A stretch of 64,000 bases of DNA. It comes from Eledone cirrhosa (lineage: Eukaryota). The stretch is from NCBI GenBank assembly GCA_964016885.1, contig OZ024741.1, forward strand, positions 171,678,001 to 171,742,000, written 5' to 3'. The notes under the pieces are model-generated. The model was not told the origin of the DNA and made no database searches. It saw only the letters and a program-made list of their open reading frames with translations. Below, one piece after another: positions 38,910 through 52,761 of the stretch (positions within the stretch are counted from its first letter, which is position 1; each line of letters starts with the position of its first letter). The position numbers and the translations under genes were made by a program.

Positions 38910-39519
38910 ATCTTTCTTTCTTAATGGAGGTGGTGGAAGCAGTAAATGACTGCCTTAATATTACAATTGCCATGAAACAGAGAAGATATTTTCCACCTAT
39001 GTTCAATTTCCACTTTATAGATTGGAGAGCAGTAAGAAAGAAATGTATATATATATATATACACTGTGTATATATATATATATATATATATGGTATTAGG
39101 ATTGGTATAATACTGTATATATGTATATCCACACATACATATCTATCAACTGGACATGTACTCTTTCCTCATACATTGAAAAGCTTTTCAGATATCTGAA
39201 AACTGACATTAATAGCAGTGAAATATAAATGTAAAGTACAATTGAAGGAATGGTAGTGACAGAGTCTTTTATTTCTGTCTGTAGTTCTTTGTCTGGTTAT
39301 GGTCTTATTGTATATTATATTTTGTTAAATATTTGTCATGAAAATGAAATTACTTATTGAATATTTGTCTATATGTCTGTCAACCTCTATCTATCTATCT
39401 GCCGACCTTCATATCTATACATTTTTCCTCTCTATCTGTCAAGCTATTACTTTCTCTGTTTGCCTCCTCTCTCTGTTTGTCTCACTCTCTCTGTCAAGCT
39501 ATTACTTTCTCTGTTTGCT

Positions 39520-39551
<32 letters not shown>

Positions 39552-40313
39552 TACTACTAAGAGACCAAAAAATGCAGTGTATTCTCAAAGAAATATTCGA
39601 TTATTAAAAGTAAAAGATAAGCAAAACCACTAAAAAGATAGTGAAGGACACAAAGCTACATTCCATAACTAAAGACCTGAAGTCAGTAAATGTAACCAAC
39701 TGACTGTGGAGTATGCAGCTAAGTATTAGAAAGTCCTGAATTTCACTTCAAATAAGGATGTATCTTGAAAATTAAAACTTTTCATGTCACTCATTTGATT
39801 TATATTATATCATGTAAAGGTTGCTATGAACACTACATTGGTCAAACAGGTCTGACATTCTGACAAAAGATTGTCAGCAAATTAACTGCCTATACACAAG
39901 ACAGTCAATATATATAGTGCTGTGGAGGATGAAACTTACCAAATTTTGACATTTTCCTACTCTCTTGATGCAGTAGTGCATCAATGGAACAGCAGTGAAC
40001 CAGTAAAGAAGTATAGTTTATAACCAAATATAGAACAAAACTAAATTCATTGTGCTTCAGCTAACATATGACACTAAATACTGTTCAGTGTTGCAGATGT
40101 TGTAATGATAACATAGGCAACATTAACTGCATAAACACGTTGTATACCTTATCATAGAAAGGACATGCTAATTATGTTAGCAATACACAACACCAGCATG
40201 AATGTATTATTGAAAATTACAGTTTTGATAAGCCCAAAAGGGTGAAAACTGGTTAGTAAAAAAACAAATGAGATAACCATGACACCTTCAGCAAATCTTC
40301 TTAATTAAAAATT

Positions 40314-40344
<31 letters not shown>

Positions 40345-41165
40345 CTTCAGTCTCCTTCTCAGCAAGGAAGATGAAAAGAAACTTACCTTTTAATTTTAAA
40401 TCCTTAATTTTTAGTTTTTAATTCTTTTTAATTGGATGAACTTTAATAATACATTTAAACCGGTAATACTTTATATACATTATAAAACTCTTTTTTAAAC
40501 AAATTGTCCCGCTCTTTTTTTCAATACTGTCACTTTGACGAATCAAAGAAAGGAAAAAAAATACAACAGACCCTAAAATATACTTTCCGTGCTATTTCCA
40601 ATTTCACCTTTTCTCTATAACCACTGTTTTGTATTGAACCTTACTTCTCTTTTCTAATATATATATATATATATGCAGAGGTTATATTTAATTTGTTGGG
40701 ATTCAACAAGCAAAAAAATGTTATAACTGATATAAAGCACTCAACTGATTTGTGGAGTAAATACACAATATATTAATAAATGGAAACTATATTTATAAAA
40801 CCATATCTATTTTATTATATATATTTGAAGGGCAACCAAGTCAAATTATGTTGCGCTTTCATAAAATACAGATTTGTTTTATAAATAAATATTGACATAC
40901 CCGGAAAAAAAGACAACCTTAACGGTTGGAGCTTCCTGGATAGTATATATTTATATATATGTGAAAAACCACAAACCCTCCATCTCAATTCTACTTTTGA
41001 AAAGCAGAAGAACTGCGAAACCAGTAAAGGAACCAAATAAATATATATTTAAAAAAAAACAAACTCCAGTTGCATTTCGATTTCATCTTTTTTCCTTATA
41101 TATATATATATATATATATACGCGTATATATATATAAGGAAAAAATCATGGAGTGCTTTACCTCT

Positions 41166-41211
<46 letters not shown>

Positions 41212-41586
41212 ATAATAATAAAATTGAAGACTAAAATCCAAAGAGGGCTCGATAAGGATAAATATATATCAAATATATAAGAACCGTAGAGCAAATATTT
41301 ATTAAAATAACAGATTAAAGTTTAAGCAAAGAATCGCTGCTTTCACCCTTAACGGGATCTTCTGAAACTAACAAATTCAATCTGTAAACGCAGAACTGGA
41401 TATTTCAAAAAACGTTGCAACCGGAGGAAGACAGGAAGACGATACTTTGGTTCGTGGAAACGTTCGCTGGCTAAGAACGGGAAAAAACGAATAATACGTC
41501 ATTAAAAGGAGCGGTGAAAAACAATTATGCGCAAAGACAGAACCACGTTTAGGTATAAAAGAGGTCGTAGACCTCTTTTATACCTA

Positions 41587-42147
41587 ATATGAATAAAGTT
41601 AGTCCTTCATCAGTGATCTTCCAACCATCATTGGTATTTCATCGCTTTAAAGACCATATACCTCCGGTTGGTGCGAGCAACGGCTAAAAAAAGTCGTTGG
41701 GACACGTAAATAAAGGGAACACGAGTGTAAACAAACAAAAATGGTGAAGCAACGAAAAGTGAGGAAGAAGGAGTCAAGTCCCAAATTTCTATGAATTTAA
41801 ATTCGGTGAAATCGTGAAAGAGAGAGAATAAAGACCATCAAACCTGGTTGGAATGTAAGCAAGGAAGGAATTCCGTACAGGTCTAACGGGAGGAAGAAGG
41901 GATCTAGTCTGTGATTTTGGTGAACGTAAGTTCTGTGAAATCGTAGATGAGAGAGAGAAAAAAAGCGACCTGCCAGTTTCGTTGCTTCACCATTTTTGTT
42001 TGTTTACACTCGTGTTTCCTTTATTTACGTGTCCCAACGACTATTTTTAGCCGTTGCTCGCACCAACCGGAGGTATATGGTCTTTAAAGCGATGAAATAC
42101 TAATGATGGTTGGAAGATCACTGATGAAGGACTAACTTTATTCATAT
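41587..42147. repeat. 171-bp inverted repeats around a 219-bp spacer
   Basis: 41587-41757 vs 41977-42147, about 3 mismatches; arms carry gatcaCTGATGAaggactaac. Confidence 0.92.
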
Positions 42148-42269
42148 GTAACCCATTAGCAACCCCGCAGCACGTTTTTCTCATATATATATATATATAT
42201 ATACGTTATTCCGGGTTGAATCGGAGGTAACCACAGTAAGTAAGGTACTCAATACATAGCAGAGTATAA

Positions 42270-42403
42270 AAGTTTTAATATAGATGAGATTCTACAGGAC
42301 TAGAACTGTTTCATTCTTTAGAAATCATCAGGAATCAGAGATTCCTGATGATTTCTAAAGAATGAAACAGTTCTAGTCCTGTAGAATCTCATCTATATTA
42401 AAA

Positions 42404-42406
<3 letters not shown>
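42270..42406. repeat. Perfect 67-bp-arm inverted repeat, 3-nt spacer, hammerhead on each strand
   Basis: 42270-42336 is the reverse complement of 42340-42406. Confidence 0.95.
42338..42390 (+). ncRNA. Type I hammerhead motif
   Basis: gagattc CTGATGA t ttc taaa gaa t GAAA cag ttctagtc ctg TA^ gaatctc. Confidence 0.75.
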
Positions 42407-42454
<48 letters not shown>

Positions 42455-42639
42455 AGATGTAAAGCACTCCATGATTTTTATTCCTTAAATTATTTTCAAT
42501 ATTACAAAGAAGACAGGATGTACATTAAAACCGTCTCTCTTCTTTATGATGCAGTAAAATTCTGTTATAATGAAATTCAAGGGGTCTAAAAAAATTTTGT
42601 TTTACTGAAAAATTTTTTATAATGGAATTTTACCTGTAT

Positions 42640-42710
<71 letters not shown>

Positions 42711-42783
42711 GAGTAATATTGTAGAACAGTAAAACTATGCATATATCATATAAGTAGCACTCAACAGTGGGTAGAACTAGAGT

Positions 42784-43002
42784 ATATATAATAAAGACGA
42801 AATAAATATGGTTATAAGAGTTCCATATATTTTATATGTAGACTTAGCACTTTCCTATAAACAAGTGCTACTATGCATCATATCATTGTACCTTATTTTT
42901 TATCTGAAGAAAACACATCTACCCCAGGATGATTTTGTATTCGAAATACGTATAATAAAATATATAGAACTCTTATAACCATCTTTATTTCATCTTTATT
43001 AT
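42784..43002 (+). mobile_element. Miniature Penelope-pLTR-derived element with inverted ends
   Basis: Left ~50 bp is an inverted copy of the segment after the hammerhead; homologous to the pLTR at 22965-23110 (atggtta..agagttccat..attttat). Confidence 0.75.
42898..42960 (+). ncRNA. Type I hammerhead motif, stem II partly decayed
   Basis: ttttat CTGAAGA ... GAAA tacgta TA^ ataaaa. Confidence 0.65.
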
Positions 43003-43056
43003 ATATATATATATATATATATATAACATTTAACATCTCAGGGTATGTCATGTATC

Positions 43057-43119
43057 ATTATATTTTGTCTGATGAGGACGTACTGTTGTACATCCGAAAT
43101 ATGTATAATAAAATGTAAT
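43057..43119 (+). ncRNA. Type I hammerhead motif
   Basis: attatattttgt CTGATGA ggacgtac tgtt gtacatcc GAAA tatgta TA^ ataaaatgtaat; 12-bp stem I. Confidence 0.85.
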
Positions 43120-44152
43120 TGATCAAAAGAACATCTATTTTATTAATATTTATATTTTAATATATATATATATATATATATACAGAAGACCCGACTTCCC
43201 ATGGGAACAAGCCGAAGCATATAGACAATATGCCCTTATCCCCTCTCATTGCAAAGTGGGAGGGGAGGTTCATGACAAAAAAGCACCCACTCCACACTGT
43301 AAAGTGGAGGTGTAGGTGCCACAGAAAAAAAGCTCCCAGCATTCACTGTAAATGAGGGTGGTATAAGGGAGGGCATCCAGCTGTAGAAATCAAGCCAAAA
43401 TCAGTTCCTGTATGAGCAAGACAAGGCCATCCAACCTGACATTGCCCACAACAGGACAACCTGTCTAACCCATGCTAGCATGGAAGAACGGACGTAAAAC
43501 GGTGATGATGATGATATATATATATATATATATAAGTGAGCAGAAACAATATAGTACCATGAAGAAATATATTAGTTTAATGCCTGATATCATTAGAAGT
43601 GAGAGGAATGAAACTAAAATTTTCTTTTGAGAAAAAGCATGTGTGTTTTCAGTCTGCCATATGCACACACACACACACACACATACACACTCACACACTC
43701 ACTCACACACACACTCATTCACTCACACACTCACACACACCCTCACTCACACACACACACACACACTCATACACACACACACACACACACACACACTCCC
43801 TCACTCACACACACACTCACACACTCACTTTCCTCTCTCTTATATATATATATATATATATATATAAGAATGGGGAAAATGTAGAACACTATCAATATTG
43901 ATGAAGATAATGATAATGATGATGATGATGGTTATGATGGTGACAATGACAACACTAACAACAGCAACAATGATGATGATATTGGAGGTGATGATGATAT
44001 TGATTGTTACTCATGTTCAAATCCTCTGTTTAGATTGTACAAACCAGATATTCTCCATCCAAACTCCTGTCGTACACATTCCACTAAATTGTGTTAATGG
44101 ACTAAAAAAGAAGTTGATTGATCGATTGCTAGGTACATAGACAAATAGATAC

Positions 44153-44153
44153 C

Positions 44154-44203
<50 letters not shown>

Positions 44204-44360
44204 CAGTGGTAGTAGTGGTGGTGGTGGTGCTGGTAGTACTGGTGGTGGTGGTGGTAGCAACAGTAACAGTAGTAGTAGTAGTAGTAGTAGTAGTAGCAGC
44301 AGTGGTAGTAGTGGTGGTGGTGCTGGTAGTACTGGTGGTGGTGGTGGTAGCAACAGTAAC

Positions 44361-44416
<56 letters not shown>

Positions 44417-44424
44417 CAGCAGTG

Positions 44425-44464
<40 letters not shown>

Positions 44465-44498
44465 TAGTGGTGGTGGTGGTGCTGGTAGCAACAGTAAC

Positions 44499-44543
<45 letters not shown>

Positions 44544-44602
44544 GGTGCTGGTAGTACTGGTGGTGGTGGTGGTAGCAACAGTAACAGTAGTAGTAGTAGT
44601 AT

Positions 44603-44638
<36 letters not shown>

Positions 44639-44818
44639 CAGCAGTGGTAGTAGTGGTGGTGGTGCTGGTAGTACTGGTGGTGGTGGTGGTAGCAACAGTA
44701 ACAGTAGTAGTAGTAGTATTAGTAGTAGTAGTAGTAGCAGCAGTGGTAGTAGTGGTGGTGGTGCTGGTAGTACTGGTGGTGGTGGTGGTAGCAACAGTAA
44801 CAGTAGTAGTAGTAGTAT

Positions 44819-44851
<33 letters not shown>

Positions 44852-45002
44852 CAGCAGTGGTAGTAGTGGTGGTGGTGCTGGTAGTACTGGTGGTGGTGGT
44901 GGAAGCAACAGTAACAGTAGTAGTAGTAGTATTAGTAGTAGTAGTAGTAGTAGTAGTAGTAGCAGCAGCTTCAGTGGTAGTAGTAGTAGTAGCAACAGCA
45001 GC

Positions 45003-45042
<40 letters not shown>

Positions 45043-45345
45043 ATAGTGGTGGTAGAAGTGGTGGTGGTAGCAACAGTAACAGTGGTAGTAGTAGTAGTAG
45101 TGTCAGTAGTAGTAGCAGCAGCCGCAGTGGTAGTAGTAGAAGTGGTAGTGGTGGTAGTAGCAGCAGCAGTAGTATCAGTAGTATCAGTAGTAGCAGCAGC
45201 AGTGGTAGTAGTAGTGGCAGCAGGAGCAGCAATAGTAGTAGTAGTAATAGTAGTAGTAGTAGCAAGAGCAGCAGTAGTAGTAGTAGCAACAGTAGTGGTA
45301 GCAACAGTAGTGGTAGCAACAATAGCAGTAGTAGTAGTAGTAGTA
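44153..45345. repeat. 1.2-kb compound GTA/GTG/GCA trinucleotide array with higher-order units
   Basis: Repeated block gtgctggtagtactggtggtg..gcaacagtaacagta separated by variable (gta)n. Confidence 0.95.
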
Positions 45346-45712
45346 AAATGTCTACAGTCCTGTTTCATTTATCTTCTCATCTCACACTTTCTTTCTCTCC
45401 CCTTTTTATCTTTAATCAATCTGTATATCTCCCCCTCCAACTCTTTTATTATCTCCCTCTCTCTCTCTACCTTCTTCTTTTTCTTTCTATTATACCTACA
45501 TATCCTTGCCTCTCTCTATCTCCTTTCTTTCTTGCTACCTCTTTCTCCACCACCCTCTCTCTCTCTCTATCACCTTCAATCTCTCTTGTCCCACACATTC
45601 TATCCATCTACCTAGTTCTTATCTGTCTTTTATTATCTTTCTCCTCCTCCTCTCTCTCCCTCTCTGTCTTTAAATTAATCAGTATATTTATCTCTCTGTC
45701 TCTTTCTCTCTC

Positions 45713-45797
<85 letters not shown>

Positions 45798-48791
45798 GTC
45801 CCCCCCTTTCTCTCTCTCAATCAGTTTATATATGTACTCTTCTCTCCTTCTAAACCAGCCTACCTGTCTAGTCTATCACAATTCTCATTGCCTCTTCTCT
45901 CTTCCTTTCTCTTTCTGTCCACTTCTCTTCCTCTCACTTTCCCTCTCTTTCTAACACCTAGCTATTTCATATTTATCTATTTACCTTTCTTGCCTTCTTT
46001 ACTTCCATGCTCTCTTAAGAAGTATTTTTTTCCTTCTATATCTGCCAGTCTATTTCTTATTTATCTATCATCTCTCAATTCTCTAAATCAATTTATCTAT
46101 TTCTTTGTCTGTCTGTTTCTCTTTCTAAATTCATCTATCTATATATAGTCTCTCCATTTTCTCTCTCAATTACACTCTATTCTCTTTTCCCCATCCTTTC
46201 TCTCTTTCCTCTCATCCTCCATTCTATAAACAGAAATCTTTAAAACTTCATCCCTAAAACGACATCCATATGGAATTTTTATCAGTCTTATTGATTTTCA
46301 GTTTACAAACTACAAACAACCTCACTGAACCAAATTCACTTTTAAATCAAATCTGTTGTCATAGATTTGGTTTTTCAGAAATAAGAATTGCTCCACACAC
46401 ATTATCTATATAATAAGGTGAGAACCTGTTCAACATGCTGGAAAGAGCAGCTAAATGTCCCTCAAATCACAATAACAAAAAGCTATCATCCCATTATAGA
46501 TGAATAGTTCAAAAGTTTGCTTCTTACTCTTGTAATTGAACCCACATACAGATATTGTGTTGTTGCTGGACCTCTGTCATTTCTGATGATCAGTGTTTCA
46601 GTTGTCTAAACAGATTGTTTGCAAAATTAAAGGGCAAGTGGCTGAGCATTCCATTGACATACGTACCTTTCATGTAATTCTCAGGGAGATTCAACATGAC
46701 ACTGTGTGTTACGGTTGACCCTTTGAATTACAAGAACAACTCATTTAGTTCCAGTTGTGTGGACTGGAGCAACAAGAAATAAAGTGCCTTGCTCAAGGAC
46801 ACAATGCATGACATTATGATCTTGAACTAAGCACCCTAACCCCTAAGTCATGACCCTTCACAACATCACACACATTCATACACATATATATGTGTGTATG
46901 CATGCATACATCAAAAGTCTAAAATCTGTCTTAAGCCAGAAGGTTCATTTGGCCGGTGGTTATCCTGGTTTCATGGCATGAAGCAACTGAGAGTACAAGA
47001 CTCGCCCCTAGACAGGACGTTGGTCCATCACAGGGTTAAACCCCCAGCTATTATTGCAGGTACTCATTTTCAGCTGAGTATACTGGAGCAACGTGAAATG
47101 AAGTGTTTTGCTCAAGAACACAACACTCAACCCAGGAATCAAACCCACGACATTATGATCATAAGTCCAACACCTTTACTACTAGGCCATGAGCCTCCAT
47201 GAATGCATACACTAAATTTGAAACTAACATTAAACACAAAAATAAGGTAATGTTACCCATGACTAACCTTTGTCAGAAATTTCTACTGAGCATATATTAT
47301 TCATTTCATATTGTACATTTTTAAGATAGATATTATATATCCAAAATTAAATTAAGGGAGTCATGTCCAAGACATGCGTCATATCCACCGTAGAATATAT
47401 TATAATATATTATAATATATTATGATAATTCTTTACAAATTGACTTTGGTATATCAGCAATATTTATTATTTTGGAATTAATGTAATTGAAACTTGTTTG
47501 TTTCAAAATATGAAATTAGTAAAGCAAATTTATAAATGGACTACTTAAGCTCTGTTATATTGTGATAACATTATTGTTCAGACTAAAGCTGAGCTGTTGT
47601 TAAAATACATGTAATTTTTTATGCTTGAATAGTTGGGTGATAATCTCCATACAGCTGCGATGTTTTTGTTAAACAGATATTTCTTTGTTTGTTGATACAC
47701 AGTACATTATTTGAAAAGTAGAATAAATGATAAAAAAATAAAACAATAGAACTACTGATGAGACTTATGGCTGGATGGAGCAAAGCACCAGCCAGACAGA
47801 GTTTGGCCTAGTGGTAAAACAGCACAGGATATAGAACCATAAAAACAAAGATAGGAGAAATTTAAAGATAGGAGAAATTTAATAGACAGAGAATATGTAG
47901 AAGTCACTTTATATGTGTGTGTGTCCTCTGAGTTTATATTTATTTTGTAGTTCAACAAAAAAGATTAATAAAATAAGTACCAGACTTTTTTTTATCAACC
48001 CTAAAAGAATGAAAGTTAAAGTAAGTTGCTTTTAGTGGGATTTAAACTCAGCATGCAAAGTTGGAAAATGCGATAAAGCATTCAATCTTATACACTGCTA
48101 ATCTTCAGTTTTGTTGTAGGTATTTAGACACTAAGTTGGACTTTATTGAGAAGGTCTATCATCAAAGACATTCTTGTTATGATCATCCCATCTGGCTTTG
48201 TGTTTTAAGCATAATGTACCTCAGACTATCTTATCCGATTAGCAGTAAATCTAATATAACATGATTCATAACAGAAGGCATATAAGATATGTTTATGTAT
48301 AATAAACATATTGTATATTCTTTGTATAAATACCTTGATTATATTATATTATCTAATATGTCTTCTTATGTTTTAAAAGACAATAGAGTGGGAAATAAAA
48401 TAAGATTTGGTTGCTATTTCTAGCAATTAGAGTGACCAAATAGAGGGTCCCTCGTTGCTTGCCTTCTTGTTGCTGCTTTTGTTTAACTCTTAACATCGTG
48501 TGCCACATGAAATTGCATTAGCAAGAATGAAAAATACAAAAGTTCAAAAATACAAAACAACACTAAACTGCATCACATTAAGAATTAAAGTCTTTACAAT
48601 AATTGTTTCTACTTTAGGCACAAGGCCAGCAATTACCCAGTGCATTACTGGTACTTTATTTTATCGACCCCGTAAGGATGAAAGGCAAAGTCAACCTCGG
48701 CGGACAATAATACAATACATTTTGTCAATAAGCTATTCACTAACAACGATACTATAAACATCCAAGCTAGCGTGGAAGATAGATGTTAAAC

Positions 48792-48856
<65 letters not shown>

Positions 48857-49989
48857 GAATTAACAAACCTGTTTTCAAATATTTTTTGATAAATCATTAC
48901 AAGTTAAACCCAGGTCAGTTTGGTCTAACAGAATATGATCAATAGCATTCCATTCATAACCATGGTGTCTTTTCATCCAATGCAACCTTCTTTCGAGAAC
49001 TTAGGTTGTGATTTGAGGGAGATAGTATTGATATCTTTAGCAGGTCAACTGACAATCTAGAGACTCCAAGTGGATAGGTATAAATGAAGCTAGTATTATA
49101 TCATCTCAAAGGGTGGTAGACTGGTAGAATTGTTCAACTGTCTGACAAATACTTTGTGCTATTTAATTATGGCTATTTGCTTTCTGAGTTCAATTCGAAT
49201 TTGAGTTCAAGTCAACTTTGCCTTTCATCTTTTTGGTGATCAATAAAATAAAGCACCAGTCAATATGATCAACTCCCACTTCCATCCAAATGGCTAGCCT
49301 TGTTCCTAAATTAGAAATCATTATTGAATTGTCTCTACACCACTTGCCTTGCAGTATTTGTTCCAGTTCTCTACATTCTGGGTTCAAATCCCACTCAGTT
49401 CAATTTTACTTTTCATTTTCCAGGGTTGATAAAATAAAGTACCAGTCAAACACAGAGATATATCAATATAATCAACTAATCACTCTTGTTAAAATTCTTA
49501 GCCTTGTGCTTGTGCTTATATTAGAAACAACTATTATATCAAATATATTTCCCATTTTTCTCTTGTTCCCTTTTCTTTGCTTCATTCTCTCCCCCTCCCT
49601 CTGATTTCACTATCTCTTATTCTGTGACATTTCAGATGTAGTGAAGCTTAATTTACTAATAATGTCTAGCCAGTTCAACTAGCTTTCTTTCAGTCAATAA
49701 GGTCAATGACACACATACATACGTACATACACACACACACAGACACATACACACATACATACATACATGCCTATATGCATACATATATGAATATAAACAC
49801 ATACACACACGTACACAGTATCCTAGTCAGATATTTTTTAAATGGCCAATTAGAACAAAAAAGATATAGAAAGATTAAAATAGATAACAAAAAACTGAAG
49901 ACTTGTTGACATTGTATAGTTTGTTTCTAAATAAGGATTCAGTTTATTTTTATTACAACATTCCAGTTTGACATACTGATAAACACTAT

Positions 49990-50182
49990 TTCTCAAGTTA
50001 CAGTTATTATGACCACTCACTTTGTCCTGACAATATGTAGTTGTAGCTCTTGTTTACCCTCAGATAAGCTGTAAATGAGCAGACACATTCTCAAGTTACA
50101 GTTATTATGACCACTCACTTTGTCCTGACAATATGTAGTTGTAGGTCTTGTTTATCCCCAGATAAGCTCTAAATGAGCAGAT
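49990..50182. repeat. 98-bp tandem duplication
   Basis: ttctcaagttacag...aaatgagcaga present at 49990 and 50088. Confidence 0.9.
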
Positions 50183-50189
50183 TAGGCAT

Positions 50190-50660
50190 CTACCATACTC
50201 TGAATGCCTTGCTTCCCTGGGCATGGATACACTGAAGCTCCCACATCTGGCAACTGACTTGGTAAACACCCACAAAATCATCAACTATCTTGCCAACAAC
50301 AACCCTGAGCACCTTTTTGAATTCCATGTGTCTAACACCCATGGACAGGCCTACAAAGTCAGAAAACAGCACAGTTCCCATGACTTTCAGAAACATTTGT
50401 TCATGCTTAGAGTTACTGAAGCGTGGAACAAACTACCTGCATCAGTTGTTAGCTGCCGGGACGATGCATCTTTTAAAACTTCGTCAGTACTACACCTGAT
50501 ATCCCCCCCTCCATACACATGCACACATGTATATCATGACTCATACACTGTTCACTTTCCTGACATTTGTACATTTTTCTATGTACTATACATACACCTT
50601 TGATGAGTTGTAGTGCACCTGAGCATTGTACACAATAATTTCATTATTATTATTATTATT
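50190..50660 (+). mobile_element. CR1-type LINE 3' end
   Basis: DLVNTHKII..THGQAYK..RVTEAWNKLPASVV..SFK resembles the CR1 ORF2 C-terminus; (ATT)n tail. Confidence 0.8.
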
Positions 50661-50778
50661 CAAAGTGTTTTAGATGCTAACTTTGATTATCCTGTCTATT
50701 ATATATGTAGAGTTAATCCATCATCTGGTTTAACACCACCATTTGATCCTTTGATAGAGTTTAATTTGAGCACTACAA

Positions 50779-50831
<53 letters not shown>

Positions 50832-51505
50832 CGTTTTGGAGGCGCTGAAAAGGGTCCTCACACAGTCCTTGATTGAACAACTAAAAAGAGGAAATAATAG
50901 TTTCTACTTTAGGCACAAGGCCAACAATTACCCAGTGCATTACTGGTACTTTATTTTATCGACCCCGTAAGGATGAAAGGCAAAGTCAACCTCGGTGGGA
51001 TTTGAACTCAGATCGTAAAGGGACGTAACTATGGTGGAAAGCATGGCGTCCGACCCTCTACCGATACTGCCAATCCTGGAAATAATAAAATGTTGAAAGT
51101 ATACAGACCAGCCCTCCTGTCTGTGTATAACTTCTATTACTAATACCAATGTTGGTACCATCGAGCCACAAATGAAAAACACACAAACAATGTCAAAGAC
51201 ACTACCCTTTCCCCACTGACTAGGGTATAACTATAGTTATTATCTTTTGTATATGAACAGTTACAAGCATTTAGTCCAGGTCTCTTGTCCAAGGAAACTG
51301 TCTTCCTTTCATATATCTCAGAGACACTCCAAAGGAAACAAGTATGCTGCTCTTTTTTCTCTGACAATTCCATTAAGTCTCACTACTGTATAACAAGGAA
51401 AGGATCCTGAAACTGTTGTTGTAGTTCTCAGTGCATTCTACTATTCATATATAATATATATATATATATAGTAAGAATATTTTCGAAACTGCGAGCGGGT
51501 TTGAA

Positions 51506-51819
51506 ATTATTATAAATGTAAGCTATCGCCGTATTTTGACTAAAGAAATTAAAGAAATTATTTAGCCTGATGGTGGGGTTAAGAAGCCTCGGAAAAATGG
51601 AAAAAGATGAGTATTGGCGTACTTGACATTACAGTCGCTAAGTTTATAGCTTCTAATTTGAATAGAAAAAGTCGGGTGATGTGTTGGTGTAAATGGTAGC
51701 ACAGTGGTCTGGATAACTAAAGATGTGGGTTCGACTCCCATGTACGTCAATACTCATCTTTTTCCATTTCTTTAATTTCTTTAGTCAAAATACGGTGATA
51801 GCTTACATTTATAATAATA
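51506..51819. mobile_element. Foldback element between (TA)n runs enclosing a tRNA-like unit
   Basis: attattataaatgtaagctatc..gactaaagaaattaaagaaat and aatggaaaaagatgagtattg recur inverted at the right end. Confidence 0.75.
51678..51749 (+). pseudogene. tRNA-like cloverleaf (pseudo-tRNA or SINE head)
   Basis: Acceptor gatgtgt/gtacgtc (G-U rich), D stem gtgt/gcac, loop ctggata, T arm gtggg-ttcgact-cccat; A and B boxes present. Confidence 0.6.
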
Positions 51820-52761
51820 TATATATTGTCAAGTTGATTGCTAAGTGGATATATTTTCCTGAAGAGATCTAATACGATTGAAACATACTCGTTGATTTCA
51901 CAAAGTTGTCATTAAAACAAAGCCCACTTCATACTGCATTACATGAACTTTTGGCCCCAAAATTTTGATCAACTGACATTGTAGGAGATATTTCACTTGC
52001 CTGTTGTCTTTAAAACTGAACATTCATAATAGAAATGTTGCCTTCAAAATGCAGGTGTAATCTCAGTTAAGTGAAGTCTTTACCCTCATTATATTTTGCA
52101 TGAGACTCTACTGTATGTGTGAGTGTATCTATTTCTCTCTCTCTATATATATATATAAGAACTTAAACCTACAGCCAGTAGGCACCTCTTAACCCAATAT
52201 ACACTCCACCCTACACACCCTACTCCATCCTCCTACTTCCATCAACTGTAAAGTGGTTGTGTAGAGACATGTAGGAGACGTGTAGGAGACATGGTAAAAA
52301 GGCTCACAGTTCACACTGTAAATGTAGTTGGTGTTAGGAAGAGCATCCAGCCGTAGAACACCTGCCAGAAACAGTTCTGTATGAGCGAGATACGGTCACT
52401 GACCAATTTTGCCTCAAGTGGGACAAACCCGTCCAACCCATGGTAGCGTGGAAGTTGAACGTTAAATGATGATGATGATGATGATGATGATATACATAGA
52501 TAGAGTGAGAGGCAGACAGACAGATATAAGCATGCTTCTATTGAAGAAGTATATCCTTACAATATATTTTGCATCTCATCATAAATCTGGAAATTCTGAC
52601 CTATGATGAGAAAAGATGTTTATTAAAACAGTGATGCTCCTGTAAGGTCAGTCTTCTTAAATAAAACAATATGCACTCTACATATATAATATATTGAGCT
52701 GTGGTCTTCTTGATTTTTGACATTTATTCACAGATTACACTGAATATATGCATAATATATA

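Noticed and set aside
44129-45615. Long poly-Leu and poly-Val ORFs
   Set aside because: Alternative frames of a trinucleotide array; no coding complexity
45348-46148. 266-aa hydrophobic ORF
   Set aside because: CT-rich low-complexity sequence that is stop-poor by composition
51678-51749. Functional tRNA gene
   Set aside because: Three G-U pairs in the acceptor, mismatched anticodon stem, and GGA anticodon without the long Ser variable arm
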